A stretch of DNA of 64,000 bases from the NCBI GenBank assembly GCA_030390025.1, contig CM059432.1:372001-436000 (forward strand). Direction: 5' to 3'. The notes beneath the pieces are model-generated. The model searched no databases. It had not been told where the DNA came from and worked only from the letters and a program-made list of their open reading frames with translations. The position numbers and the translations under genes are program-made. This document shows, in pieces, positions 1 to 16,593 of the stretch. Positions within the stretch are counted from its first letter, which is position 1, and each line of letters opens with the position of its first letter. Source of the DNA: Squalus acanthias. Lineage: Eukaryota.

Positions 1-1
1 T

Positions 2-190
2 ATAATCCGGCTGGCCATCGATAAATGGTCGGATCTGGCGCTGCTCGTTTGCTCCGTCCGCGCCGCAGTCAAAACCATGGGCGCGGACGGGGGCGTGGGC
101 CTGGCCGAGCGGCGTCTGATCCAGAATTTCCTCGCTGGGCTTGGAAGGGAGTGGCGGTCGACTAGCGGCCGCGCTCCCTCCTCCCGTTAG
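2..190 (+). CDS. C-terminus of Tx1 ORF1 (partial)
   Basis: Open frame IIRLAIDKWSDLALLV...ERRLIQNFLAGL ending TAG at 188-190, 31 bp before the ORF2 ATG. Confidence 0.6.
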   Translation: MIRLAIDKWSDLALLVCSVRAAVKTMGADGGVGLAERRLIQNFLAGLGREWRSTSGRAPSSR

Positions 191-221
191 AGTAAGGTAG
201 AGGTTGCACTATGCTCTTGTC

Positions 222-3200
222 ATGAAGATAACCATAGCCAGCCTCAACATCAACGGCAGCAGAGAGGCACGCCGTAGATTTAATAACTTCTCGGTCCTTC
301 GGGAAGGGAGGCATGCGGTGTGCTTCCTGCAGGAAACTCACACCGTTCCGGGAGACGAGGCCACGTGGCTCCTGGAGTGGCGAGGAGGGGTCAGCATGAG
401 TCACCTCTCCAACGTTTCCGGTGGGGTGGCTATCTTGCTGGCCCCGCATTTTCAGCCGGAGATCTTGGGGGTCAAGGAGCATGTGCCGGGCCGCTTGCTC
501 CAGGTCACTGTTCGTCTGGGGGGCGTGCCGCTCCATTTAGTGAACGTGTACGCCCCCCAGCCCGGTGCGCAGCAAGTGCGCTTCTTCGATGAAGTGTCCG
601 CTCTTCTGGGCACCGTCGACGTCGGCGAGTGCATCATCCTCGGGGGGGATTTTAATTGTACCCTCGAGGCGAGGGACCGTTCGGGCCCTTCGCGAAGCCT
701 GACGGCGACGGTGAAGTTGAGGGACCTGGTCGGGTCCTTCGACTTGGTGGACGTCTGGCGAAATCTCCATCCCGACTCCAGCGCCTTCACTTGGGTGGGG
801 TCTGGAGGAGGAAGGTCCAGAATCGACCGCCTTTACATTTCCCGGGCGTACGTCTCCTGCGTTCCGGCGGCTTCCATGCGGCCGGTGCCGTGCACGGACC
901 ACCACCTGGTGTGGGCGGAGCTCGCTCCGTTGCAGGCGCCGGGGGGGTCCGCGTACTGGCATTTTAACAACCTGCTGCTGGAGGACGTGCGGTTCCGGGA
1001 TTCGTTTCGCCGGTTCTGGGCCGACTGGAGAAGGAAGCAGGGGGGCTTCCCCTCCTTGAGGCTATGGTGGGACGTGGGCAAGGCTCACGTCCGTCTCTTC
1101 TGTCAGGAGTACGCGAAGGGGTCGACCAAGAGGCGGGAGGCCCGGGTCGGGCGATTGGAGAAAGAAGTGCTCGACCTGGAGTCCCGTCTCGGTCAAGTCG
1201 TCGAAGACCCGGCCCTGCGGAAGGTGTACGAAGAGAAGAAGGGCGCGCTGAAGGACCTGCAGCTGGTCGGGTCCCGAGGCGCGTACGTGAGGTCGCGAAT
1301 CCAGTTCCTGCGGGACCTGGACCGCGGCTCCCCCTTCTTCTACTCGCTGGAAAAAAGACGAGGGGTCCGTAAGCAGCTCTTGGGGCTGCTGGCCGACGAC
1401 GGATCTCTGGTCTCGGATCCGGAGGGGATCAGCGCGGGGACCCGGGCCTATTACGGGGCTCTGTTCTCTCCGGATCCGTCCAGCGAGGATGCGCGCAGAG
1501 TTTTGTGGGAGGACCTGCCGAAGGTCGGCCCGGAGGGCGCCGAAGAATTGGACGCTCCGCTAAGTTTGGCGGAGCTGACCGGCGCCCTGCGCCAGCTCTC
1601 GAGGGGAAAGTCCCCGGGGCTGGACGGGCTGACCGTGGAGTTCCACAGGGCGTTCTGGGGGGCGACTACGCGCGGGTCCTGGGGGAAAGTCTGGCGACCG
1701 GGGAGATGCCCCTCTCTTGGCGCAGGGCGGTTATCGTCCTGCTGCCCAAGAGGGGTGATCTCCGCCTTTTAAAAAACTGGCGCCCGGTCTCCCTCCTCAG
1801 CACGGACTATAAAATTTTTGCCAGGGCCATGTCTGCCCGCCTCGGCACCGTGCTGGCCCACATGATCCACCCCGACCAGTCCTACACGGTCCCGGGCCGG
1901 ACAATCCACGACAACATCCATCTGGTCCGGGACCTGGTCCACCTTTCCCAGAGGACTGGTCTGTCGGTCGCCTTCCTTTCCCTGGATCAGGAGAAGGCGT
2001 TCGACAGGGTGGATCACGAGTATCTCTTCGGGACTCTGCGCGCATTCGGGTTCGGGACGCATTTCGTCGCCCGGATCCGACTTCTGTACGCCGCCGCGGA
2101 GTGTCTGATTAAAGTTAACGGGTCTTTGACGGCGCCCCTTCGCTTCGGGAGGGGGGTGCGTCAGGGATGCCCCATGTCCGGTCAGTTATATGCCGTTTGC
2201 GTGGAGCCTTTCCTGCGCCTCTTGCGGAAGAGGTTGACGGGACTGGCTCTGCAAGGGCCGGGCGTGGAGGTCGTCCTCTCGGCTTACGCCGATGACGTGC
2301 TCCTCATGGTCACGGATCCCGTCGACCTGCGGAGGATGCGAGAATGCCAGCAGATTTACTCGGACGCATCCTCCGCCAGGATCAACTGGGAGAAATGTTC
2401 TGGACTCCTGGTGGGCCAGTGGCGGGTGGACTCCCTGCCGGAGGAGTTCAGGCCCTTCGCCTGGAGCACAACACACCTCCTCTACTTGGGAGTCTACCTC
2501 GGCCCTGCCGAGGACACCTGGCCGGCGAACTGGCAAGAGCTGGAGGCCAAGGTCACCGCTCGCCTAGGACGCTGGACGGGGTTGCTCCGAGTGTTGTCCT
2601 ACAGGGGTCGAGCGCTGGTCATAAACCAGCTGGTGGCCGCCATGTTGTGGTACCGGTTGGTCACTTTGATCCCTCCCCCTGCGTTTGTCGCCAAGATACA
2701 GAAGATGCTCATCGACTTCTTCTGGGACAAAAGGAAGCACTGGGTCTCTGCCGCGGTTCTGTGTCTCCCGCTTAGGGAGGGCGGTCAGGCGCTGGTGTGC
2801 CTTCGCACCCAGGCGGCGACTTTCCGTCTTCAGACGCTGCAGAGGTACCTTTACGTCGAGAATCCTCCCAGATGGTGTGCGCTGGCGACGTATTTCTTCC
2901 GCCAGATGCACGGCCTCAACTACGACACGCAGCTCCTGTTTGTGGAATTGGGCCGCACGCGAGCCTACCTGTGGGAGCTGCCTGTCTTTTACCAGGAACT
3001 GCTATGGGTCTGGAACCAGGTCGCCTCCAGGCGGAGTTCTCCCCCGTCAGGAGTGGCGGCTCTCCTGCGGGAGCCGCTGTTCAGGAATCCGCACCTCCAC
3101 GTCCGACGGATCGGCTGGCTGGCGGAGGGCAGGGCTGTGCCAGGCAAGGTGACCAGAGTCAGGGACCTGCTCGATGGCGGAGGAGCGGGCTGGATGGCGC

Positions 3201-4111
3201 CAGAGGAGTTGGCACGGCGCCTCTCCTGGGCAGACGTCTGGCGCGCGGCCAAAGCCATCGAGTTGCTGAAAGTGGCACTGGGCCCGGACTCCACTAGGTG
3301 TATCGAGGAGGCTCAAGCACGTGGGGCGATCCCGTCCGAACTGACCTCCGTTCGGACGGAATTCCTCATCGGCGCACGGCCCCGAAACCCCTCTCGGGAA
3401 CCGGCGCCTCACAACTTGAGCCGTCTCGGGGAAATGCCCTCCGTGCCCTTCAGTTCTGCACGGAGGGGTTTCCTGTACGGGCTGCTCCTGCACACTTTCC
3501 ACTTTGTCATCTTCGCCTGCCGCCCGGACACGCCTTGGCGTGCCATCTTGCCGTCCGGCGGAGGCGAAGGTCCCCAATGGAGGGCTCTCTATGCGGGAGT
3601 ACTCCCCTTTTCTATTGGGGACATGGCCTGGAGGGTGTTGCACGGAGCAGTCCCGTGCAATCGGTTTTTAAGTAGGTTCACGGACTCCCAGGCCGCCTGT
3701 CTTTTTTGCGGCCTCGAGGAGTCCGTGTTCCACGTTTATGTGGAATGTGAGAGGTTGCAGCCCCTCTTTGAATATTTGAAGGGGCTGCTCCTCGCTTTTT
3801 GGTTGCACTTCAGTCCCACGCTCCTGATCTACGGTCACCCGGTGCGGAGGGGAGAGAGCAGGTCGGAGGACCTCCTCGTAGGACTGCTCCTGGGCCTGGC
3901 CAAAGTGGCCATTAACAGGTCCAGGCAGCGGGCGGTCGAGGGGGTCGTTCGGCCCAATTGCCTGCCTCTCTTCTGCGGCTATGTTCGCGCCCGGGTGGCC
4001 CTGGAGATGGAGCATGCGGTGTCCGCCGGCACACTTGAAGCCTTCCGAGACCGGTGGGCGCCGCAGGGACTGGAGTGCATCGTTTCCCCGGGAAATGTTA
4101 TTTTAATTTAA
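222..4111 (+). pseudogene. Tx1 ORF2: AP endonuclease, reverse transcriptase, C-terminal CCHC; single frameshift near 1655
   Basis: SLNING, FLQETH, GGDFN, SRID, TDH (APE); KSPGLDG, NWRPVSLL, LDQEKAFD, GVRQGCP, YADD (RT); CLFC...ESVFHVYVEC; frames 204..1772 and 1505..4111 join at AFW/VLGGD. Confidence 0.92.
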
Positions 4112-4134
4112 TGCACTCCAAGTTGTCCGCTTCA

Positions 4135-4546
4135 CAGAAGGCCCAAGGTGGAGGACCCGGAGGAGAGTGGCCTGGGCGGGAGGCCCAGCACGGAGAACCC
4201 CAGGCGGGGGGCCCAGGGCGGGGCGGCTGGTCGGCAGAGGTGGAGTCAGGAGATGCGGTTGCTTCACCCCGGGTGCTCGCGGGGAATGCCGGTGCGGAGG
4301 GTCCGGTGCAGAAGGCCCAAGGTGGAAGACCCAGAGGAGAGTGGCCTGGGCGGGAGGCCCAGCACGGAGAACCCCAGGCGGGGGGCCCAGGGCGGGGCGG
4401 CTGGTCGGCAGAGGTGGAGTCGGGAGATGCGGTTGATTCACCCCGGCTGCTCTCGGGGAATGCCGGTGCGGAGGGTCCGGTGCAGAAGGCCCAAGGTGGA
4501 AGACCCGGAGGAGAGTGGCCTGGGCGGGAGGCCCAGCACGGAGAAC
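4135..4546 (+). repeat. 174-bp tandem repeat, ~2.4 copies, in Tx1 3'UTR
   Basis: CAGAAGGCCCAAGGTGGA recurs at 4135, 4309 and 4483. Confidence 0.95.
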
Positions 4547-4832
4547 AATTGAGTGGATGGTCGGGTGGGCGGTGCCAGTGGGACTGGCGCGGAACAGGTT
4601 TCTTGGGTTATTGGAGTGGATGTTATATGTGGCATTTAGTTGGATTGTGATGGTGCTATGTGTTTGTACACTGTGGTGTTGAAATGGATTGTTTTATGTG
4701 GAGTTAAGTGAGATGTATTATTTTAATATAAAAAAAAGTGTGGTATTGTTTGGGGGTATTTGTACTGTATTTTGATGGATGAATGTAATGGTTTTACTAT
4801 GTAATTTGTATTATTGGTTTGAATAAAAGATT

Positions 4833-5342
4833 CACACACACTGTACACAAACACACCGTACACACACACACCGTACACACACAGCACACACACACACCGT
4901 ACACACACACAGCACACACACCGTACACACACACACCGTACACACACACACCGTACACACACACACACACACAGCACATACACACACACAGCACACACAG
5001 CACACACACACACACACACAGCACACACACACACACACCGTACACACACACACCGTACACACACACACCGTACACACACACACACACACACAGCACACAC
5101 ACAGCATACACACACACACAGCACACACACACACACACACACACACAGCACACACACACACACAGCACACACACACACACACACACCCAGCACACACACT
5201 CACACACACACACACACACACTCACAGCACACACACACACACACACACAGCACACACACACACACACACTCACAGCACACACACACAACACACACACACA
5301 GCACACACACACACACAGCACACACACAGCACACACACACAC

Positions 5343-5374
<32 letters not shown>

Positions 5375-5417
5375 GCACACACACACACACACACACTCAC
5401 AGCACACACACACACAC

Positions 5418-5449
<32 letters not shown>

Positions 5450-5482
5450 GCACACACAGCACACACACACACACACACACAC

Positions 5483-5514
<32 letters not shown>

Positions 5515-5571
5515 GCACACACACACACACACACAGCACACACAGCACACACACACACACAGCACACACAC

Positions 5572-5644
<73 letters not shown>

Positions 5645-5808
5645 GCACACACAGCACACACACAGCACACACACACAGCACACACACACACACACACACA
5701 CTCACACACACACACACACACACACACAGCACACACACACACACACACACTCACACACACACACACACACACACACAGCACACACACACACACAGCACAC
5801 ACACACAC

Positions 5809-5840
<32 letters not shown>

Positions 5841-5917
5841 GCACACACACACACACACACAGCACACACACGCACACACACACAGCACACACACAGCACA
5901 CACACACACTCACACAC

Positions 5918-5956
<39 letters not shown>

Positions 5957-5988
5957 CACACACACACACACAGCACACACACACACAC

Positions 5989-6028
<40 letters not shown>

Positions 6029-6313
6029 GCACACACACACAACACACACACACACACACAGCACACACAGCACACACACACACACAGCACACACACACAC
6101 ACACACAGCACACACAGCACACACACACACACAGCACACACACACAGCACACACACACACACACACACAACACACACACAGCACACACACACACACACAC
6201 ACACAGCAGACACACACACACACACAGCACACACACACACACACACACAGCACACACACACACACACACACAGCACACACACACACACACACAGCACACA
6301 CACACACACACAC

Positions 6314-6362
<49 letters not shown>

Positions 6363-6480
6363 CACACACACACACACACACACAGCACACACACACACAC
6401 AGCACACACACACACACACACACACAGCACACACACACACACACACAGCACACACACACACAGCACACACACACACACAC

Positions 6481-6519
<39 letters not shown>

Positions 6520-6567
6520 ACACACACACAGCACACACACACACACACACACAGCACACACACACAC

Positions 6568-6610
<43 letters not shown>

Positions 6611-6811
6611 CACACACACACACACAGCACACACACACACACACACACAGCACACACACACACACAGCACACACACACACACACACACAGCACACACACG
6701 CAGCACACACACACACACAGCACACACACACACACACACACAGCACACACACACACACACACAGCACACACACACACACACACAGCACACACACACAGCA
6801 CACACACACAC

Positions 6812-6849
<38 letters not shown>

Positions 6850-7158
6850 GCACACACACACACACACACAGCACACACACACACACACACACACAGCACA
6901 CACACACACACACACACGCAGCACACACACACACACACACAACACACACAGCACACACACACAGCACACACACACAGCACACACACACAGACACAGCACA
7001 CACACACACAGCACACACACACACACACACAGCACACACACACACACACACAGCACACACACACACACACGCAGCACACACACACACACACACACACAGC
7101 ACACACACACACACAGCACACACACACACACACACACACAGCACACACACACACACAC

Positions 7159-7230
<72 letters not shown>

Positions 7231-7280
7231 CACACACACACACACACACACACACAGCACACACACACACACACACACAC

Positions 7281-7319
<39 letters not shown>

Positions 7320-7364
7320 CACAGCACACACACACACACACAGCACACACACACACACACGCAG

Positions 7365-7395
<31 letters not shown>

Positions 7396-7453
7396 ACACA
7401 CACACACACACAGCACACACACACACACACAGCACACACACACACACACACAC

Positions 7454-7490
<37 letters not shown>

Positions 7491-7939
7491 CACACACACA
7501 CACACACACAGCACACACACACACACACGCAGCACACACACACACACACACACACAGCACACACACACACACACACAGCACACACACACACACACACAGC
7601 ACACACACACACACACGCAGCACACACACACACACACACACACAGCACACACACACACACAGACACACACACACACACACACATCACACACACACACACA
7701 CACATCACACACACACACACACACACACACAGCACACACACACACACAGCACACACACACACACACACACACACAGCACACACACACACACACACAGCAC
7801 ACACACACACACACGCAGCACACACACACACACACACACACAGACACACACACACACACACACAGCACACACACACACACACGCAGCACACACACAGCAC
7901 ACACACACACACACACAGCACACACACACACACACGCAG

Positions 7940-7970
<31 letters not shown>

Positions 7971-8728
7971 ACACACACACACACACAGCACACACACACA
8001 CACACACAGACACACACACACACACACGCAGCACACACACACACACACACACAGCACACACACACACACACGCAGCACACACACACACACACACACACAG
8101 ACACACACACACAGACACACACACACACACACGCAGCACACACACACACACACACACACAGACACACACACACACACACGCAGCACACACACACACACAC
8201 ACACACAGCACACACACACACACACGCAGCACACACACACACACACACACACAGCACACACACACACACAGACACACACACACACACACACATCACACAC
8301 ACACACACACACATCACACACACACACACACACACACACAGCACACACACACACACAGCACACACACACACACACACACACACAGCACACACACACACAC
8401 ACACAGCACACACACACACACACACAGCACACACACACACACACACACACAGCACACACACACACACACACACAGCACACACACACACACACACACAGCA
8501 CACACACACACACACAGACACACACACACACACACACAGCACACACACACACACACACACAGACACACACACACACACACAGCACACACACACACACACA
8601 CACAGCACACACACACACACACAGACACACACACACACACACACAGCACACACACACACACACTCAGCACACACACACACACACACACACAGCACACACA
8701 CACACACAGCACACACACACACACACAC

Positions 8729-8773
<45 letters not shown>

Positions 8774-8858
8774 CACACACACACACACAGCACACACACA
8801 CACACAGCACACACAGCACACACACACACACACACACACAGCACACACACACACACAC

Positions 8859-8897
<39 letters not shown>

Positions 8898-9002
8898 CAC
8901 ACACACACACACAGCACACACACTCACACACACACACACAGCACACACACACACACACACACAGCACACACACACACACACACAGCACACACACACACAC
9001 AC

Positions 9003-9053
<51 letters not shown>

Positions 9054-9141
9054 CACACACACACACACACACACACAGCACACACACACACACAGCACAC
9101 ACACACACACACACACACAGCACACACACACACACACACAC

Positions 9142-9173
<32 letters not shown>

Positions 9174-9279
9174 GCACACACACACACACACACACACAGC
9201 ACACACACACACACACACAGCACACACACACACACACACACACAGCACACACACACACACACACACACAGCACACACAC

Positions 9280-9340
<61 letters not shown>

Positions 9341-9363
9341 CACACACACACACACACACACAC

Positions 9364-9400
<37 letters not shown>

Positions 9401-9552
9401 ACACACACACAGCACACACACACACACACACACACAGCACACACACACACACACACACAGCACACACACACACACACACAGCACACACACACACACACAC
9501 ACACACAGCACACACACACACACACACAGCACACACACACACACACACACAC

Positions 9553-9589
<37 letters not shown>

Positions 9590-9658
9590 CACACACACAC
9601 ACACACACACACAGCACACACACACACACACACAGCACACACACACACACACACACAC

Positions 9659-9699
<41 letters not shown>

Positions 9700-9824
9700 C
9701 ACACACACACACACACACACAGCACACACACACACACACACACTCACACACACACACACAGCACACACACACACACACACAGCACACACACACACACACA
9801 CACAGCACACACACACACACACAC

Positions 9825-9891
<67 letters not shown>

Positions 9892-10127
9892 CACACACAC
9901 ACACACACACACAGCACACACACACACACAGCACACACACACGCACACACACACAGCACACACACACACACACACAGCACACACACACACACACACAGCA
10001 CACACACACACACACACAGCACACACACACACACACACAGCACACACACACACACACACAGCACACACACACACACACACACACACAGCACACACACACA
10101 CACACACAGCACACACAGCACACACAC

Positions 10128-10162
<35 letters not shown>

Positions 10163-10223
10163 CACACACACACAGCACACACACACACACACACACACAC
10201 AGCACACACACACACACACACAC

Positions 10224-10258
<35 letters not shown>

Positions 10259-10267
10259 CACACACAC

Positions 10268-10299
<32 letters not shown>

Positions 10300-10474
10300 G
10301 CACACACACACAGCACACACACACACACAGCACACACACACAGCACACACACACACACACACACACACAGCACACACACACACACACACAGCACACACAC
10401 ACACACACACACACGCACACACACAGCACACACACACACACACACACACAGCACACACACACACACACACACAC

Positions 10475-10513
<39 letters not shown>

Positions 10514-10520
10514 CACACAC

Positions 10521-10567
<47 letters not shown>

Positions 10568-10710
10568 ACCACACACCCACACCACACACACCCACCCACA
10601 CACACACACAGCACACAGCACACACACACACACACAGCACACAGCACACACACACACACACAGCACTCACACACACACACACACAGCACACAGCACACAC
10701 ACACACACAC

Positions 10711-10742
<32 letters not shown>

Positions 10743-10794
10743 GCACACACACACACACACACACACAGCACTCACACACACACACACACAGCAC

Positions 10795-10833
<39 letters not shown>

Positions 10834-10917
10834 ACACACACACACACACAGCACACACACACACACACACACAGCACACACACACACACACACACACTCA
10901 CACACACACACACACAC

Positions 10918-10984
<67 letters not shown>

Positions 10985-11005
10985 CACACACACACACACA
11001 CACAC

Positions 11006-11044
<39 letters not shown>

Positions 11045-11076
11045 CACACACACAGCACACACACACACACACACAC

Positions 11077-11108
<32 letters not shown>

Positions 11109-11174
11109 GCACACACACACACACACACACAGCACACACACACACACACACAGCACACACACACACACACACAC

Positions 11175-11225
<51 letters not shown>

Positions 11226-11265
11226 CACACACACACACACACACACAGCACACACACACACACAC

Positions 11266-11316
<51 letters not shown>

Positions 11317-11486
11317 CACACACACACACACACACACACAGCACACACACACACACAGCACACACACACACACACACACACAGCACACACACACACACAC
11401 ACAGCACACACACACACACACGCAGCACACACACACACACACACAGCACACACACACACACACACAGCACACACACACACACACAC

Positions 11487-11549
<63 letters not shown>

Positions 11550-11589
11550 GCACACACACACACACACACAGCACACACAGCACACACAC

Positions 11590-11624
<35 letters not shown>

Positions 11625-11633
11625 CACACACAC

Positions 11634-11678
<45 letters not shown>

Positions 11679-11811
11679 CACACACACACAGCACACACAC
11701 ACACACACACACACACAGCACACACACACAGCACACACACACACACAGCACACACACACAGCACACACACACACACACACACACACAGCACACACACACA
11801 CACACACACAC

Positions 11812-11850
<39 letters not shown>

Positions 11851-11882
11851 CACACACACAGCACACACACACACACACACAC

Positions 11883-11921
<39 letters not shown>

Positions 11922-11928
11922 CACACAC

Positions 11929-11993
<65 letters not shown>

Positions 11994-12003
11994 GCACACA
12001 CAC

Positions 12004-12042
<39 letters not shown>

Positions 12043-12222
12043 CACACACACACACACACACACACAGCACGCACACACACACACACACACACAGCACACA
12101 CACACAGCACACACACACACACACACACACAGCACACACACACAGCACACACACACACACACACACACAGCACACACACACAGCACACACACACACACAC
12201 AGCACACACACACAGCACACAC

Positions 12223-12265
<43 letters not shown>

Positions 12266-12406
12266 ACCCACACACCCACACCACCACACACCCACCCACA
12301 CACACACACAGCACACAGCACACACACACACACACAGCACACAGCACACACACACACACACAGCACACACACACACACACAGCACACAGCACACACACAC
12401 ACACAC

Positions 12407-12486
<80 letters not shown>

Positions 12487-12507
12487 CACACACACACACA
12501 CACACAC

Positions 12508-12577
<70 letters not shown>

Positions 12578-12637
12578 ACACACACACACACACACACAGC
12601 ACACACACACACACAGCACACACACACACACACACAC

Positions 12638-12676
<39 letters not shown>

Positions 12677-12683
12677 CACACAC

Positions 12684-12746
<63 letters not shown>

Positions 12747-12820
12747 GCACACACACACACAGCACACACACAGCACACACACACACACACACACAGCACA
12801 CACACAGCACACACACACAC

Positions 12821-12861
<41 letters not shown>

Positions 12862-12962
12862 CACACACACACACACAGCACACACACACACACAGCACAC
12901 ACACAGCACACACACACACACAGCACACACACACAGCACACACACAGCACACACACACACAC

Positions 12963-13060
<98 letters not shown>

Positions 13061-13086
13061 CACACACACAGCACACACACACACAC

Positions 13087-13118
<32 letters not shown>

Positions 13119-13198
13119 GCGACACACACACACTCACTCACACACACACACAGCACACACACACACAGCACACACACACACAGCACACACACACACAC

Positions 13199-13235
<37 letters not shown>

Positions 13236-13343
13236 CACACACATAGCACACACACACACACACAGCAGACACACACACACACACACACAGCACACACACA
13301 CACACACACACACAGCACACACACACCACACACACACACACAC

Positions 13344-13388
<45 letters not shown>

Positions 13389-13848
13389 CACACACACAGC
13401 ACACACACACACACACAGCAGACACACACACACACACACACAGCACACACACACACACACACACCACACACACACACACACACACAGCACACACACACAC
13501 ACACACACAGCACACACACACACACAGCACACACACACAGACACACACACACACAGCACACACACACACACACACACACAACATACACACACACAGCACA
13601 CACACACACACACACACACAACAACACACACACACACACACACACACACAGCACACACACACACAGCACACACACACAGACACACAGCACACACACACAC
13701 ACACACAGCACACACACAGACACACACAGACACACACACACACACACAGCACACACACACAGACACACACACACACACACACAGCACACACACACAGACA
13801 CACAGCACACACACACACACACACAGCACACACACAGCACACACACAG

Positions 13849-13879
<31 letters not shown>

Positions 13880-14200
13880 ACAGCACACACACACACACAC
13901 ACAGCACACACACACACACAGCACACACACACAGACACACACACACACAGCACACACACACACACACACAACATACACACACACAGCACACACACACACA
14001 CACAGCACACACACACACACAGCACACACACACAGACACACACACACACAGCACACACACACACACACACACACACAACATACACACACACACAGCACAC
14101 ACACACAGACACACACACACACAGCACACACACACACACAGCACACACACACACACAGCACACACACACAGACACACACACACACAGCACACACACACAC

Positions 14201-14232
<32 letters not shown>

Positions 14233-14250
14233 GCACACACACACACACAC

Positions 14251-14282
<32 letters not shown>

Positions 14283-14497
14283 GCACACACACACACACAC
14301 AGCACACACACACACACAGCACACACACACAGACACACACACACACAGCACACACACACACACACACACACACAACATACACACACACACAGCACACACA
14401 CACAGACACACACACACACAGCACACACACACACACAGCACACACACACACACAGCACACACACACAGACACACACACACACAGCACACACACACAC

Positions 14498-14529
<32 letters not shown>

Positions 14530-14545
14530 GCACACACACACACAC

Positions 14546-14577
<32 letters not shown>

Positions 14578-14601
14578 GCATACACACACACACACACACA
14601 C

Positions 14602-14633
<32 letters not shown>

Positions 14634-14887
14634 GCACACACACACACACACACACAGCACACACACACACACACACACACAGCACACACACACACACACA
14701 CACACACAGCACACACACACACACACACAGCACACACACACACACACACACACAGCACACACACACACACACACACACACAGCACACACACACAGACACA
14801 CACACAGCACACACACACAGCACACACACACAGCACACACACATAGCACACACACACAGCACACACACACACACACAGCACACACAC

Positions 14888-14924
<37 letters not shown>

Positions 14925-15513
14925 CACACGCACACACAGCACACACACACACACACACAGCACACACACACACACACAGCACACACACACACACAGCACA
15001 CACACACACACACAGCACACACACACACACACACAGCACACGCACACACAGCACACACACACACACAGCACACACACACACAGCACACGCACACACAGCA
15101 CACACACACACACAGCACACACACACACACACAGCACACACACAGCACACACACACACACACAGCACACACACAGCACACACACACACACACACAGCACA
15201 CGCACACACAGCACACACACACACACACAGCACACACACACACACACACAGCACACGCACACACAGCACACACACACACAGCACACACACACACACAGCA
15301 CACACACACAGCACACACACACACACACAGCACACACACACAGACACACACACACACACACACAGCACACACACACACAGCACACACACACAGCACACGC
15401 ACACACAGCACACACACACACACACAGCACACACACACACAGCACACACACACAGCACACACACACAGCACACACACACACAGCACACACACACACACAC
15501 AGCACACACACAC

Positions 15514-15550
<37 letters not shown>

Positions 15551-15768
15551 CACACACGCACACACGCAGCACACACACACACACACAGCACACACACACA
15601 CACAGCACACACACACACACACAGCACACACACACACAGCACACACAGCACACACACACACACACACAGCACACACAGCACACACAGCACACACACACAC
15701 ACAGCACACACACACACACACAGCACACACACACACACACACAGCACACACACACACACACAGCACAC

Positions 15769-15813
<45 letters not shown>

Positions 15814-15860
15814 CACACACACACACACAGCACACACACACACACACAGCACACACACAC

Positions 15861-15899
<39 letters not shown>

Positions 15900-15931
15900 C
15901 ACACACACACACACAGCACACACACACACAC

Positions 15932-15963
<32 letters not shown>

Positions 15964-16047
15964 GCACACACACACACAGCACACACACACACACACAGCA
16001 CACACACACAGCACACACACGCACACACACAGCACACACACACACAC

Positions 16048-16079
<32 letters not shown>

Positions 16080-16165
16080 GCACACACACACACACAGCAC
16101 ACACACACACACACAGCACACACACACAGCACACACACACACACAGCACACACACACACACACAC

Positions 16166-16200
<35 letters not shown>

Positions 16201-16406
16201 CACACACACACAGCACACACACACACAGCACACACACACACACACACACACAGCACACACACAGCACACACACACACACAGCACACACACACACACACAC
16301 ACAGCACACACACACACAGCACACACACACACACAGCACACACACACACACACACACACAGCACACACACACACACACAGCACACACACACAGCACACAC
16401 ACACAC

Positions 16407-16438
<32 letters not shown>

Positions 16439-16490
16439 GCACACACACACACAGCACACACACAGCACACACACACAGACACACACACAG

Positions 16491-16521
<31 letters not shown>

Positions 16522-16561
16522 AGCACACACACACACACACACACACAGCACACACACACAC

Positions 16562-16593
<32 letters not shown>

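Larger units (their letters stand above)
1..4832 (+). mobile_element. Tx1-type (L1 group) non-LTR retrotransposon, 5' part outside window
   Basis: ORF1 tail, APE-RT-zinc finger ORF2, GT-rich 3'UTR ending AATAAA (4822-4827); very GC/CpG rich. Confidence 0.9.
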
